From assembly GCA_034439575.1 (NCBI GenBank), contig JAWXAQ010000002.1:64001-128000 (forward strand): 64,000 nucleotides of DNA, written 5' to 3'. The translations under genes were made by a program, and so were the position numbers. This DNA comes from Leptospira sp. GTDB lineage: Bacteria > Spirochaetota > Leptospiria > Leptospirales > Leptospiraceae. This document shows, piece after piece, positions 19,962-29,539 of the stretch. Under the pieces are notes generated by a model. That model had not been told where the DNA came from. It saw nothing but the letters and a program-made list of their open reading frames with translations, and made no database searches. Position 1 is the first letter of the stretch. The number at the start of each line of letters is the position of its first letter.

Positions 19962-19979
19962 TCTAGACTTTACAAAATT

Positions 19980-21635
19980 TTATTCTACAATCCTTGCACT
20001 CAGTCCTCCACCTAAATTATCAGGGTAGATAAAATAATTATTTTCACCTGATGTCCAGCTAGGTGAGGATGAAAAAGCACCTACTATAATTCCTGAGTCT
20101 ACTTTGACCTTGCACTTTTCTGATTTGATCGAAATCGTTTTAAAGCTTGGGCAAGATTGACCATTGGCTGGAATACAAACAGGAAGATCAACTTGTCCCG
20201 AAAGATCCGCATTCCCCTGATAGAATTTTTTCAAATGTGTATAACTTCCAGGTATATATTTTAATTTACTTATATCGCCTATACTTAAGTTAAACTCTTT
20301 TAAGGGTAGATATACTTTTTCCGAAGCAGCAATTTTGACTGCATTGATACCGCCATTATTCAAACAGCCATCAATGGTCAGGCTTGTCATCGTTCCATTT
20401 GTCAATGCAGAAGAATTTTCTATCAATTTTGTTAGAAATGTCTTTTGTAAATTGGCACCAAAGAACAATAGGCGAGTGGGTGCATTGACTGCAGTTTCTG
20501 GAGTAAATGATGTTAGTTGTAGATAAGGTGGATCTTTCAAAGAAAAAGTTTTTGCACAAGCATCAGAGCTTCCCGTTGTCGTATTATATGAGCAGGTGGA
20601 AAAGTCTGAAAAAGAAGTCCCATCAGATTTTTTGAAGTACTGTCCAAAATCCGTTCCATTGGTAACTGGACGAATGTTAAACGATTCATTGATTCCTAGA
20701 GCCGTGTCATTGATTGACAAAGTGACTATGCTATTCCCAAAATTAGAAGTTCCGAGTGGAAGGGTACTTTCAGAACTGCATACAGTTCCCGTACTTTTGT
20801 TAAATGTATCACCAATCGTATATAATTCCCCTGCGGCACCAAACAAACTTTGATAATAAGATTTTACATATTTTAACTTATTCGTTTTATCAGAGCTTGG
20901 GATGGAGTTGGAAGGGTTGTTTGGGTTATCATAAAGATTCGTATTCATTTCATCTAATCTTTGCAATGTGATTGATTTATTATTATATGAGATTTTTATT
21001 GTTGCCGAGCTGATATCGGTTACCTTTTTATCACTACCAATCTTTCCGAGGAAGATGATTGGTTGCACAAAAAAGTTTCCTGTGGATGCTGTCACACTTG
21101 AGCTAAACGTATTGCACCGAGTACTAAAACCCACATAGCCTTTTAGAAAAATACTTCCAAATTGAGCCGATTGGTTTGCATTACTCACATTCCCACTAAC
21201 AGTGCTACCAGTTGTTGAAGAATGATTGATATTGACATTTGTATCAGAATTGTTTTTAAAATTAATGCGATATCTACCGGATTTGGATGGAGTAAATGCC
21301 ACGGACAAAGAACCATCTCCATTTCTTAAATAACTTTGTTCCATTCCATCTGGATCAACGACGGATACTTCGACTTTCGTTTGGTTGTCTGTGCCTGTAG
21401 CCAATGCACGCATATTGTTTTGGACCGAGGTCGATGCTGTCGCATTATAATTGGAAGTCACAGAATTGCCCGAAGTGACATCCATTTCAATAAAACTTCC
21501 ATCGTTCGTAGAGGTCGCTGTATTTGATAAGATGCCCAAGATTAATAATTTTAATAAATCATCGTCGTTCTCTTTTTTATCGAAAATACCGCATGCCATG
21601 TTCAATAACAAGGTGAGGGTAAGTAAATACTTCAT
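19980..21635 (-). CDS. Uncharacterised large Ser/Thr/Asn-rich lipoprotein
   Basis: Lipobox NMAC followed by the KKENDDDLLKLLIL tether typical of Leptospira lipoproteins; SD AGGAG. Confidence 0.78.
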   Translation of the reverse strand: MKYLLTLTLLLNMACGIFDKKENDDDLLKLLILGILSNTATSTNDGSFIEMDVTSGNSVTSNYNATASTSVQNNMRALATGTDNQTKVEVSVVDPDGMEQSYLRNGDGSLSVAFTPSKSGRYRINFKNNSDTNVNINHSSTTGSTVSGNVSNANQSAQFGSIFLKGYVGFSTRCNTFSSSVTASTGNFFVQPIIFLGKIGSDKKVTDISSATIKISYNNKSITLQRLDEMNTNLYDNPNNPSNSIPSSDKTNKLKYVKSYYQSLFGAAGELYTIGDTFNKSTGTVCSSESTLPLGTSNFGNSIVTLSINDTALGINESFNIRPVTNGTDFGQYFKKSDGTSFSDFSTCSYNTTTGSSDACAKTFSLKDPPYLQLTSFTPETAVNAPTRLLFFGANLQKTFLTKLIENSSALTNGTMTSLTIDGCLNNGGINAVKIAASEKVYLPLKEFNLSIGDISKLKYIPGSYTHLKKFYQGNADLSGQVDLPVCIPANGQSCPSFKTISIKSEKCKVKVDSGIIVGAFSSSPSWTSGENNYFIYPDNLGGGLSARIVE

Positions 21636-21846
21636 TTGTAATCTCCTAGAATCTAATTAGAAAAAAATTAGTTTTCTTTTTTGTGATTCTATCACTCTCT
21701 ACAAGCAGTGAGGTTTTATATTTCACATGAATAGAGATATCGATTGCCTTTTAATTCGATGGAAGTAGAAATATTCGATCGAAGTAGGTGAGAATCCTAA
21801 GTTTTGTGAAATTAAAAAATTAGTAAAAAATTTATTTTGACCAAAA

Positions 21847-23445
21847 GTGAAAAAATCTAAAAACTACCAAGCAAGTATGAGAACTAATTTCTTAAGTATC
21901 CAGAGTATTTCTGATTATATTCCAAAGATAAAAATAATTTCTGTTTTTATACTCCTTACATTTATCATCTCTCCCATTTTCGCCGAACCGAAGATAAATG
22001 ATGCTATCAAACTTTCAAATGATTTTAAAAGGAAAAATCTTTTAGGTTCCCTCATTTATTTTGAAGATAAAAATAAAATCTTTTCAATAAATGAGATAGA
22101 AAATTCATTGAATCAAAATTTTTCCTCATGGTCTACAACGAGCGAACGAGAGTTGAGTTTTGGATTTACTAAGAGTGCGATATGGTTACATTTTAAAGTA
22201 GAAAATTTGGCGAGTGAATTGGATCACCTATTCTTAGAATGTAACCTTGCTACCTTGGATAAAATTGATATTTTTTATAGAGATCAAAATGGGGAGTGGG
22301 TGACAGAGACTCTCGGAGATATTTACCCATTTCAAAAACGAAAATTAAAATATAGAACGTTGGTATTTCAATTTCCTATAAAATTCCAAAAAGAATCAAA
22401 AATATTTTTGAGACTAGAGAATAAAGGCCCGATGAAGATTTCTGTTTTACTAAGGTCGCAAGAAAATTTGATCACTCAAATGAATTCTGATCAAATGGTC
22501 CTCGGGATTTATTATGGAATCATGATCGTGATTCTAATGTACAATTTTATTTTATTTTTTACCATTCGTGATAAAACATACTTATTTTATTTTTTATATG
22601 TGTTAAATATTGCCCTTTATCAGTTTTTCATTAGTGGCAATGCAGCCCAATTTATTTTTAATAATGCACCGGATATCGCCAATCGGGCTCCTAATTTAGT
22701 CGCACAATCATTGTTTGTATTTGGACTATTATTTACAAAATATTTCCTCAATACAAAATTCTATGCACCCAAGATAAATCTATGGTTAGAAATTTTGATA
22801 GGTATCGCTGGAGTTTTATTTGTGATCATTCTATTTGTCGGCCATGATATGAATTTGATGAGAGTATCAAATATTTTTGGATTGGTACTGATACTTTCTA
22901 TAATTGTTTCTGGTGTGATAGTCTTTCGTGAAGGGTATAGACCTGCTCGGTATTTTTTAATAGGATGGTCTATTTTATTATTGGCCGGTTTTGTTCAAAT
23001 TATGGCGAATTTAGGTTCATTCAATCTTACGGCTGAGCATGTAGGACAAATTGGATCTTTAATCGAAGTTATGTTTCTCACCTTTGCTTTAGGTGATCGC
23101 ATTAACACCTTAGGAAAAGATCAACATTTGCATCAAGAGATCATAACAGGATCAATGAATCCGAAAATGAATAAGAAAAATGGAAAATCAGTCAGACCAC
23201 TATTTGTCATCCTGCAAACGGATTTCAGTCTCACTTACCAACAGGCACAAATTTGCGTCGCCTTAAGTGAAGGAAAATCACGGATTACAATTTCCGAAGA
23301 ATTAGGCATTTCTTCCAATACTTTGAAAAAACATCTTTCTGAAATTTATCATAAAACTATCAATCTTACCGACAACCAAACCATTCCTTCCCAGGAAAAA
23401 TTACAGAAATTAACAATCTTTTTGAATGAAATAAACCAAACTTAA
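21847..23445 (+). CDS. 7TM-DISM (DISMED2 plus 7TM) sensor with a C-terminal LuxR-type HTH
   Basis: SFGFTKSAIWL.F, LDKIDIFY, G.YYGI....MYNFILF...RDK.Y..Y, E......ALGDRI; LT..Q..IC..L..G.SR..I.EELGISSNTLKKHL..IY.K. Confidence 0.85.
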   Translation: MKKSKNYQASMRTNFLSIQSISDYIPKIKIISVFILLTFIISPIFAEPKINDAIKLSNDFKRKNLLGSLIYFEDKNKIFSINEIENSLNQNFSSWSTTSERELSFGFTKSAIWLHFKVENLASELDHLFLECNLATLDKIDIFYRDQNGEWVTETLGDIYPFQKRKLKYRTLVFQFPIKFQKESKIFLRLENKGPMKISVLLRSQENLITQMNSDQMVLGIYYGIMIVILMYNFILFFTIRDKTYLFYFLYVLNIALYQFFISGNAAQFIFNNAPDIANRAPNLVAQSLFVFGLLFTKYFLNTKFYAPKINLWLEILIGIAGVLFVIILFVGHDMNLMRVSNIFGLVLILSIIVSGVIVFREGYRPARYFLIGWSILLLAGFVQIMANLGSFNLTAEHVGQIGSLIEVMFLTFALGDRINTLGKDQHLHQEIITGSMNPKMNKKNGKSVRPLFVILQTDFSLTYQQAQICVALSEGKSRITISEELGISSNTLKKHLSEIYHKTINLTDNQTIPSQEKLQKLTIFLNEINQT

Positions 23446-23469
23446 ATTACAGAGATTATTTATAGATAA

Positions 23470-24693
23470 TCATTCTATCCATGTGAACCACCTAGCAGGT
23501 ACAATCATCTGGATGGTGTAGGGATTTTTTGAAATGGATAAAGTTCCTCCGATCGATTCTACTTTTGAGATCAGGTTATTTTCATGCGAATCATCTTCAT
23601 CTGGAAATATAATTTCTGCATCCAAGTCGTCATTGCCAGTAGTTGAAAAATGAAACCAGAATGATTTTGGTTCAATGGATAATTTCCAAACGGATGTACC
23701 TTTACCATATTTTAAGTCATTGGTAGTAATTTCTGAAAATATAAAATATAAATTTTTAACAATTTCCTTGTCCGTTAAACGAATGTTAATTTCATTCCAT
23801 TTTTCATCCCATTGAAATTTAATATTTCTTCCAGCAAATTTGTACCTTTTTTTCAGTAATAACCTGATTCCATCTAAAAAGGAAGTTCGTAGAATTTCTT
23901 TTTGATCTTCCTCATGTAATTGGGATCTTAGTAAACCCATAGCTTCTTCGGAAGTATTTTTTAGTTTTTTAAAATCTTCTAAACTTTCAATTGGCGCATT
24001 GGTTTCTAATTTTCTGGTTAAAAGTAATATTTCCGTTAGGTGTGATCCGAGAGAATCATGCACATCTTGAAAAAAAGACTTTTTTCTTTCATTTAACAAA
24101 ACCCCCCGATACGCGGCGATGTATCGTGTGCGAAACCACCAATGATTTAGAAAAAAACATACAAAAAATAATGGAATGATAGTCGTCATCTCTCTCCATG
24201 TTTCTTCAGGAATTTTTCCTTGGTTTTCAATTATAACTCGGAGGATATAAATTAAAAATAAGATGCTCCATTCTAGGACAAATTGCCAAACTCGACCTGG
24301 ATAAAAAAATGAACTAACGCCAATTAAAGCAATGATAGTTAACCAATTTCTAGGATCAAAATATATAATTTTTGGATCGTGAAATCCTGTTTCAATTTCC
24401 AGAACTACGAGAAGAAAAAACAAAACGCGAACGAGTAGGGGAGCAAAGGTAAAAAATTTGCGGAAAAATAAGGAAATCAAAATAAATAAAATTCCAATGA
24501 CAAGTTCTGCCGCAGACAGTGAGAGGTTTATCGGATTTCCAAGTCCCCATTCAATATATACACTTTGTGTATAGGCTAAGGTAAAAGCGATGCCTAATAA
24601 GTATAACTTACCAAGGATTTCCGAATAAACTGCATATAGCGAAACTATTTCGATAGGATTTGATCTTATCAGGCGTGAGAAAAAAGCGTACAT
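23470..24693 (-). CDS. Membrane sensor histidine kinase (HisKA_3-type) with a divergent ATPase domain
   Basis: About six TM helices; H-box FQDVHDSLGSHLT; N-box EITTNDLKYG. Confidence 0.75.
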   Translation of the reverse strand: MYAFFSRLIRSNPIEIVSLYAVYSEILGKLYLLGIAFTLAYTQSVYIEWGLGNPINLSLSAAELVIGILFILISLFFRKFFTFAPLLVRVLFFLLVVLEIETGFHDPKIIYFDPRNWLTIIALIGVSSFFYPGRVWQFVLEWSILFLIYILRVIIENQGKIPEETWREMTTIIPLFFVCFFLNHWWFRTRYIAAYRGVLLNERKKSFFQDVHDSLGSHLTEILLLTRKLETNAPIESLEDFKKLKNTSEEAMGLLRSQLHEEDQKEILRTSFLDGIRLLLKKRYKFAGRNIKFQWDEKWNEINIRLTDKEIVKNLYFIFSEITTNDLKYGKGTSVWKLSIEPKSFWFHFSTTGNDDLDAEIIFPDEDDSHENNLISKVESIGGTLSISKNPYTIQMIVPARWFTWIE

Positions 24694-24889
24694 AAGTTTA
24701 TAATGATACGATCATTGTAGGTAGATTCACTATAGTATTTGCTTTCGTCAATTTCCGGGCGACTCAATTTTTATAAAATTTAACAAAAAAATTCTAAATT
24801 CGATTTCTCGTTACCCGGAATTTTTGCTTTATCGTATGATATGGGTTATATGATATGGTATTTGCAATTCTTCGAAAATATCTAAATAT

Positions 24890-25738
24890 ATGGTTAAAAA
24901 AAATATGTTTTGTTATAAGTATAAATATTTTTATATTTTGATTAGTTTTATTTTTTTAAATTCCTGTTCTACAGAAGAATCTACATTACCTTTTCGTAAT
25001 TTGCAAGTTCGTATCACACAACCTATCTTCGTGGATAAAATCATTTGGGATGCAAATATGGTTCCCACTTTAGGAAATTTGATTCAACGAACAGAGAATG
25101 ATGGTGATTCGTTTCAAGTTGTATTTCATAATTTTGAAACTAAAAAAATAGTTCGGACGATTTCAATCACAGTAAGAAATCGAGACTTGGACTTAGAGCT
25201 ACAAAGATATATTTCTTATCCTTTTCAGTATACTATGGCTGCTGCCTATCTATCAGGAATGTTAGCATTGAATATTCTAAGCGTTGGATCTGGAAACGAT
25301 AAATATACAGGTGTGTTTCTTCTTGGTTTTTCTGTGGGAACCTTTACTCTCGGCACAACGGGTGGCTTTCTAGTGGGCCTTGGGCGGGGCACTTATGAGC
25401 TAACGGATGATTTGTGGGATGGTTTTACAGTAAATAAAAAGGAGATCGTACTCGGATATAATGACTATGAGTATGATATGGAAGGTAGAATCAAAAGTGT
25501 GTCATCTTATTTGCCTTACCGTTCGATCACAAATGAAGCGATCCCTGTTTATGATTTAGATGGTAAAAAACAAATTACAACTTTATATACAAAAGAAGAA
25601 CCTGTCGAATTATTTCAGTTAGATTATATTTATGGAAAAAATGGAAAGAATCCGACATCCATTATATTAAAAGAATTCATTCCAAAATTAAAAACAACTA
25701 AGATACGATTACCTATTCGAAAGCAAATCATACCTTAG
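24890..25738 (+). CDS. Hypothetical lipoprotein with a Gly-rich hydrophobic segment
   Basis: Lipobox LNSC; 282-aa ORF. Confidence 0.65.
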   Translation: MVKKNMFCYKYKYFYILISFIFLNSCSTEESTLPFRNLQVRITQPIFVDKIIWDANMVPTLGNLIQRTENDGDSFQVVFHNFETKKIVRTISITVRNRDLDLELQRYISYPFQYTMAAAYLSGMLALNILSVGSGNDKYTGVFLLGFSVGTFTLGTTGGFLVGLGRGTYELTDDLWDGFTVNKKEIVLGYNDYEYDMEGRIKSVSSYLPYRSITNEAIPVYDLDGKKQITTLYTKEEPVELFQLDYIYGKNGKNPTSIILKEFIPKLKTTKIRLPIRKQIIP

Positions 25739-25753
25739 TCATTAATTACAATA

Positions 25754-26119
25754 CTAAAATGGTTGGTATACGGCTAAATATGTAGCTAACCCACCTAGCA
25801 GTGGTAATATAATCCATAATGCCTTGGCAAGTTTTTCTGATTTATAAGCAAGTGCGAGTACACCAGCAAACACAAACCAGATGACAAGTTTTAGGTAAAC
25901 CCAATTAGGCCACCCCGCACTGTACTTTCTTGCGAGTAGACCAAATCCACCAGTGAGTATCAACAAGATGGCCACTCCATGAGTGATTGCGACAATTTTA
26001 CGCCAAGTATTGTCTGCTTTTTTACCGCCATTGATCGTAAAAAGGGAAATACCGCCAAGGGATAGGAATAACAAAAACATTCCAAAAATGTGCATTACTT
26101 TATAAAATTCGTAGGGCAT
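25754..26119 (-). CDS. SirB2/DUF2269-like small membrane protein
   Basis: ATG at 26119 with SD GGAG; YKVMH, HG...L.L.GGFG, W...KLVIW pattern; four TM segments. Confidence 0.7.
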   Translation of the reverse strand: MPYEFYKVMHIFGMFLLFLSLGGISLFTINGGKKADNTWRKIVAITHGVAILLILTGGFGLLARKYSAGWPNWVYLKLVIWFVFAGVLALAYKSEKLAKALWIILPLLGGLATYLAVYQPF

Positions 26120-26203
26120 AATTAAAACTCCAAATGATTTGGCTTTCATGGTTTGACTTGGCGATTCTTTGTGCTAGATAATAATTGAACTAAAGATTAA
26201 AAA

Positions 26204-26626
26204 ATGAATGATAAAACTTTGTTATTACTCAGAGGACTTCCTGGTTCCGGAAAGTCTACGTTTGCAAATCTCTTAGCTATGGAAGCCTCTTTCCTTGTAT
26301 GTTCTTTGGATGAGTATTTTACAGATGAGAAAGGAAATTATAAATTCGATTTTAGATCAAATCATTTAGCATATAAAAATTGCCAAGACAAAGTAGAAGC
26401 GGCAATGAAATCTCATACTTCCAAAATATTAGTCGATCAAATCTTTGCATTGTTATTTGAGATCGAACCCTATTTCAAATTGGCAGAAAAATACAATTTC
26501 CGAACCATTGTTTGCACTCTTGAGAATCGTCACAAAGGAGAAAATATTCATGCCATTCCTGATGAGCAATTGGTAAAAATGGCGAAGGGTTTTAAGGTTG
26601 AATTGTTGCCAGATAGGCTGCGGTGA
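26204..26626 (+). CDS. Small P-loop kinase (AAA_33 / N4BP2-like)
   Basis: LLRGLPGSGKST Walker A; S.D.YF....G.Y.F; N.H.IP...L..M. Confidence 0.82.
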   Translation: MNDKTLLLLRGLPGSGKSTFANLLAMEASFLVCSLDEYFTDEKGNYKFDFRSNHLAYKNCQDKVEAAMKSHTSKILVDQIFALLFEIEPYFKLAEKYNFRTIVCTLENRHKGENIHAIPDEQLVKMAKGFKVELLPDRLR

Positions 26627-26639
26627 AGCTCAAGAGGAT

Positions 26640-26689
26640 AAAAAAAATCCACCGTTGATGAGAGTGATCACTCTTAACAACAGTGGATT
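26640..26689 (-). terminator. Rho-independent terminator of the RRM gene
   Basis: Hairpin AATCCAC.GTTG..GAGAGTGA/TCACTCTT..CAAC.GTGGATT next to an A-run that reads as a U-tract on the minus strand. Confidence 0.75.
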
Positions 26690-26701
26690 AACAAAAGGAG
26701 A

Positions 26702-26965
26702 TTATCTCCAGTTGTTTGTTTTTGGTTTTGCGATGTTTACTTTCATCTCACGGTTAAGAATGTTCTTTCCGTTCAAATCTTTGATCGCATTGTCAGCTTC
26801 CTGACCATCTTTCATTTCGATAAAGCCAAAACCTTTCGATCGTCCAGAATACTGATCAGTGATGATCTTTGCAGAAGTTACTGCGCCATGTGCACCAAAA
26901 AGCTCGCTTAGCTTGCCTTCGGTCATATCATAAGAAAGGTTTCCAACGTAAATGTTTACTGACAT
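26702..26965 (-). CDS. RRM (RNP) RNA-binding protein
   Basis: IYVGNL (RNP2) and KGFGFIEM (RNP1); ATG at 26965 with SD GAGG. Confidence 0.93.
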   Translation of the reverse strand: MSVNIYVGNLSYDMTEGKLSELFGAHGAVTSAKIITDQYSGRSKGFGFIEMKDGQEADNAIKDLNGKNILNREMKVNIAKPKTNNWR

Positions 26966-27230
26966 ATTATGTCCTCTAAAATCAAATTTGGACTCGGTTA
27001 TTCTGGAATTTTCAATCGACGGGACACCCAAAATGAATCGGGTTGTGGTAGGAACTCCAGGGAAATGCAGGAAAACTTAAGAAAGCTATCGGCGTGCAAG
27101 CTAGAAAGGACTACTTCGGCGGTGAAAAATCTACAATACTCTGAATCTGTTACCAGCTTAATTTGCCATCAAATAAATAGCAACAGGAAAGTATGATTCA
27201 GAGTATTTTTATTTCGGAATGGACGGAGTT

Positions 27231-27716
27231 CTAATGGTGATGATGCCCACCAGGACCATGAACGTGACCATGTTGAATTTCTTCTTTTGTTGCATCGCGG
27301 ATTACTTTGATTGTGACATCAAAATGCAATGTCTCGCCAGCTAACGGATGATTGCCATTCATTATAACGTCTGTTTCACGGATTTCTTGGAGATACAAAA
27401 CCATATGGCCTTCAGCAGTATCAGTTTGAAATTCCATGCCAATTTCTAGTTCGGCTTCTGGTGGAAGTTCTGCTTTCGGGACTTGGAAAACAAGACTTTC
27501 ATCATATGTCCCGTAACCATCTTCGGGAGCGACCTTCACTTGTTTAGAGTCGCCATCTTTTAATCCTTCTAATTCTTTTTCCAGACCAGGAATGATATTT
27601 CCTTCACCATGCAAGTAAAGTAGGGGTTCGTCCGACTGATCCAAAGTCGCTCCCTGGGAGTTTTTTAGGTGATAGGAAAATCCTACAACCTTACCTTTAG
27701 TGATTGTATTTGACAT
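27231..27716 (-). CDS. slyD: FKBP-type peptidyl-prolyl isomerase SlyD
   Basis: YLHG.GNIIPGLEKEL, NHPLAG.TL.F.V, His-rich tail HGHVHGPGGHHHH. Confidence 0.93.
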   Translation of the reverse strand: MSNTITKGKVVGFSYHLKNSQGATLDQSDEPLLYLHGEGNIIPGLEKELEGLKDGDSKQVKVAPEDGYGTYDESLVFQVPKAELPPEAELEIGMEFQTDTAEGHMVLYLQEIRETDVIMNGNHPLAGETLHFDVTIKVIRDATKEEIQHGHVHGPGGHHHH

Positions 27717-27817
27717 ATTCATTACAAAGTAGAATCAGAAAAAAATACTGCAACCTAATAAAAGGTTGGTACCAGATTCCATTATGAGATTTTTACATTC
27801 GGTTTAAAAAAAAATAT

Positions 27818-29494
27818 ATGAACTGGCCTCTACTCATACAAGTCGTCGGTGGATTAGCGATTTTTATCTACGGGATGAAATTGCTAAGTGAATCTTTACA
27901 ACGTGTTGCTGGGGACAGATTACGATCTTTTCTCCAATCAATGACACGGAACAGAGTTTCCGCCGTTCTCAGTGGGATGTTTATCACATCCACCATTCAA
28001 TCTTCTTCTGCAACGACAGTACTGGTTGTAGGATTTGTAAACGCAGGACTCATGCAACTAACAGAGGCTGTTGGTGTGATCATGGGTGCCAATATCGGAA
28101 CGACGATAACTGCATGGATTGTATCCTTTTTGGGATTCAAATTCAATATCGCCTCATTCGCGTTACCTGCCATTGCAGCCGGTATGGTACTTCATTTCTC
28201 TAAAAAAGAGAGCAGATCTGGATGGGGAAGTTTTCTAATCGGATTTGGATTTTTATTTTTGGGATTAGATTATCTAAAGTCCTCTGTGCCTGATTCTGCC
28301 AAAGACCCTGAAACATTTCAATTCCTTGCCCAATATACAAATATGGGTTTTAATACAATCCTACTTTTTGTTTTAATTGGTGCACTATTAACGATTGTTA
28401 TCCAATCCTCTTCTGCTTCGACCACAATCACAATTACTCTGGCATTTTCGGGATTTATTCCAATTGATGCGGCTTATGGGATGATTCTTGGTGAAAACAT
28501 TGGCACGACTATTACAGCGAATTTAGCCGCAATTGCTGGGAATCGAAATGCGAAAAAGGCGGCCTTGGCTCATACTGCTTTTAATATATTCGGTGTTATA
28601 TGGGCATTGATCTTTTTTAAAGCATTTACGGGAATGATAGATAATTTGATTCCTGGCGATCCATTGACTGATAAAGAGTCCACAAGATTTCATATTTCTC
28701 TTTTCCATACTTTGTTTAACGTGACAAACACCTTTATATTGATATGGTTCGTAAATTCATTAACCAAGTTTGTCAGTGTGATCGTTGATACTGTTGCTTC
28801 CAAAACAAGTAGAGAAAAGGATTCAATTCGTCTCTTACAATCAGGTTCTGTAAAAACTACAGAATTGGCTATGCTTGAGCTAGTGGAATATACCAAAAAA
28901 ATCATTCGTGAAACCTATGATTTTTTTCGTCTCACAGAGCAGTTGTTACTTGATCCTTATGATAGCGGTCGTGTCCAACAAGTATTAAAAAAGGAAGAAG
29001 ATTTGGACCAAACAAGAACAGAAGTACTTCAGTATTTGAATGAGATTCAAGCCACTGGAATCACTGGTTCTTATGGTAAAGATGTGCTCGGGATTATGGA
29101 GCGAGTGAAAGCTGTAGAAGAAATGGGAGATAATTTTGCTGCCATTGCTAGAAAACTGCGCAAAGCCCACCGACAAAAATTGGATTTGGATAAGACATCT
29201 CAATCAGCCATTACCGACCAAATCGAATTACTCAAACACCATTATGAACTTCTACTTGGAAATTTAGAAAAAAGTGAATCATTTGATATCCTTGGAAATC
29301 CTCAAATTCGTAACCAGAGTCGTGACTATCGATTCAGAATGATTGAAGTACTCAAGAAAAATGAGTCAAAGATCAGAAAGAAAAAATACCAAAAGAAATC
29401 CAATTTTATGTCAGCATTGCTCTATAGAGATATAGCGAGAAATTTAGATAATATTTCTAGATACTTGAATGCTTCCATTTATGCGGATGTCTAA
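27818..29494 (+). CDS. Na+/Pi cotransporter family protein with a PhoU-like C-terminus
   Basis: Two QSSSA and G(A/E)NIGTT repeats. Confidence 0.93.
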   Translation: MNWPLLIQVVGGLAIFIYGMKLLSESLQRVAGDRLRSFLQSMTRNRVSAVLSGMFITSTIQSSSATTVLVVGFVNAGLMQLTEAVGVIMGANIGTTITAWIVSFLGFKFNIASFALPAIAAGMVLHFSKKESRSGWGSFLIGFGFLFLGLDYLKSSVPDSAKDPETFQFLAQYTNMGFNTILLFVLIGALLTIVIQSSSASTTITITLAFSGFIPIDAAYGMILGENIGTTITANLAAIAGNRNAKKAALAHTAFNIFGVIWALIFFKAFTGMIDNLIPGDPLTDKESTRFHISLFHTLFNVTNTFILIWFVNSLTKFVSVIVDTVASKTSREKDSIRLLQSGSVKTTELAMLELVEYTKKIIRETYDFFRLTEQLLLDPYDSGRVQQVLKKEEDLDQTRTEVLQYLNEIQATGITGSYGKDVLGIMERVKAVEEMGDNFAAIARKLRKAHRQKLDLDKTSQSAITDQIELLKHHYELLLGNLEKSESFDILGNPQIRNQSRDYRFRMIEVLKKNESKIRKKKYQKKSNFMSALLYRDIARNLDNISRYLNASIYADV

Positions 29495-29509
29495 GGAAAA
29501 TTAATGACT

Positions 29510-29539
29510 AGATGATCCGAAGATGATTTCGGATCATCT
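29510..29539. terminator. Hairpin between convergent genes
   Basis: 12-bp stem AGATGATCCGAA-N6-TTCGGATCATCT, overlapping the stop codon of the SpoIIE gene. Confidence 0.7.

Noticed and set aside
26966-27031. N-terminal extension of the RRM ORF given in the ORF track
   Set aside because: The RRM fold starts at MSVNIYVGNL with a good SD, so the upstream part is better read as 5' UTR.
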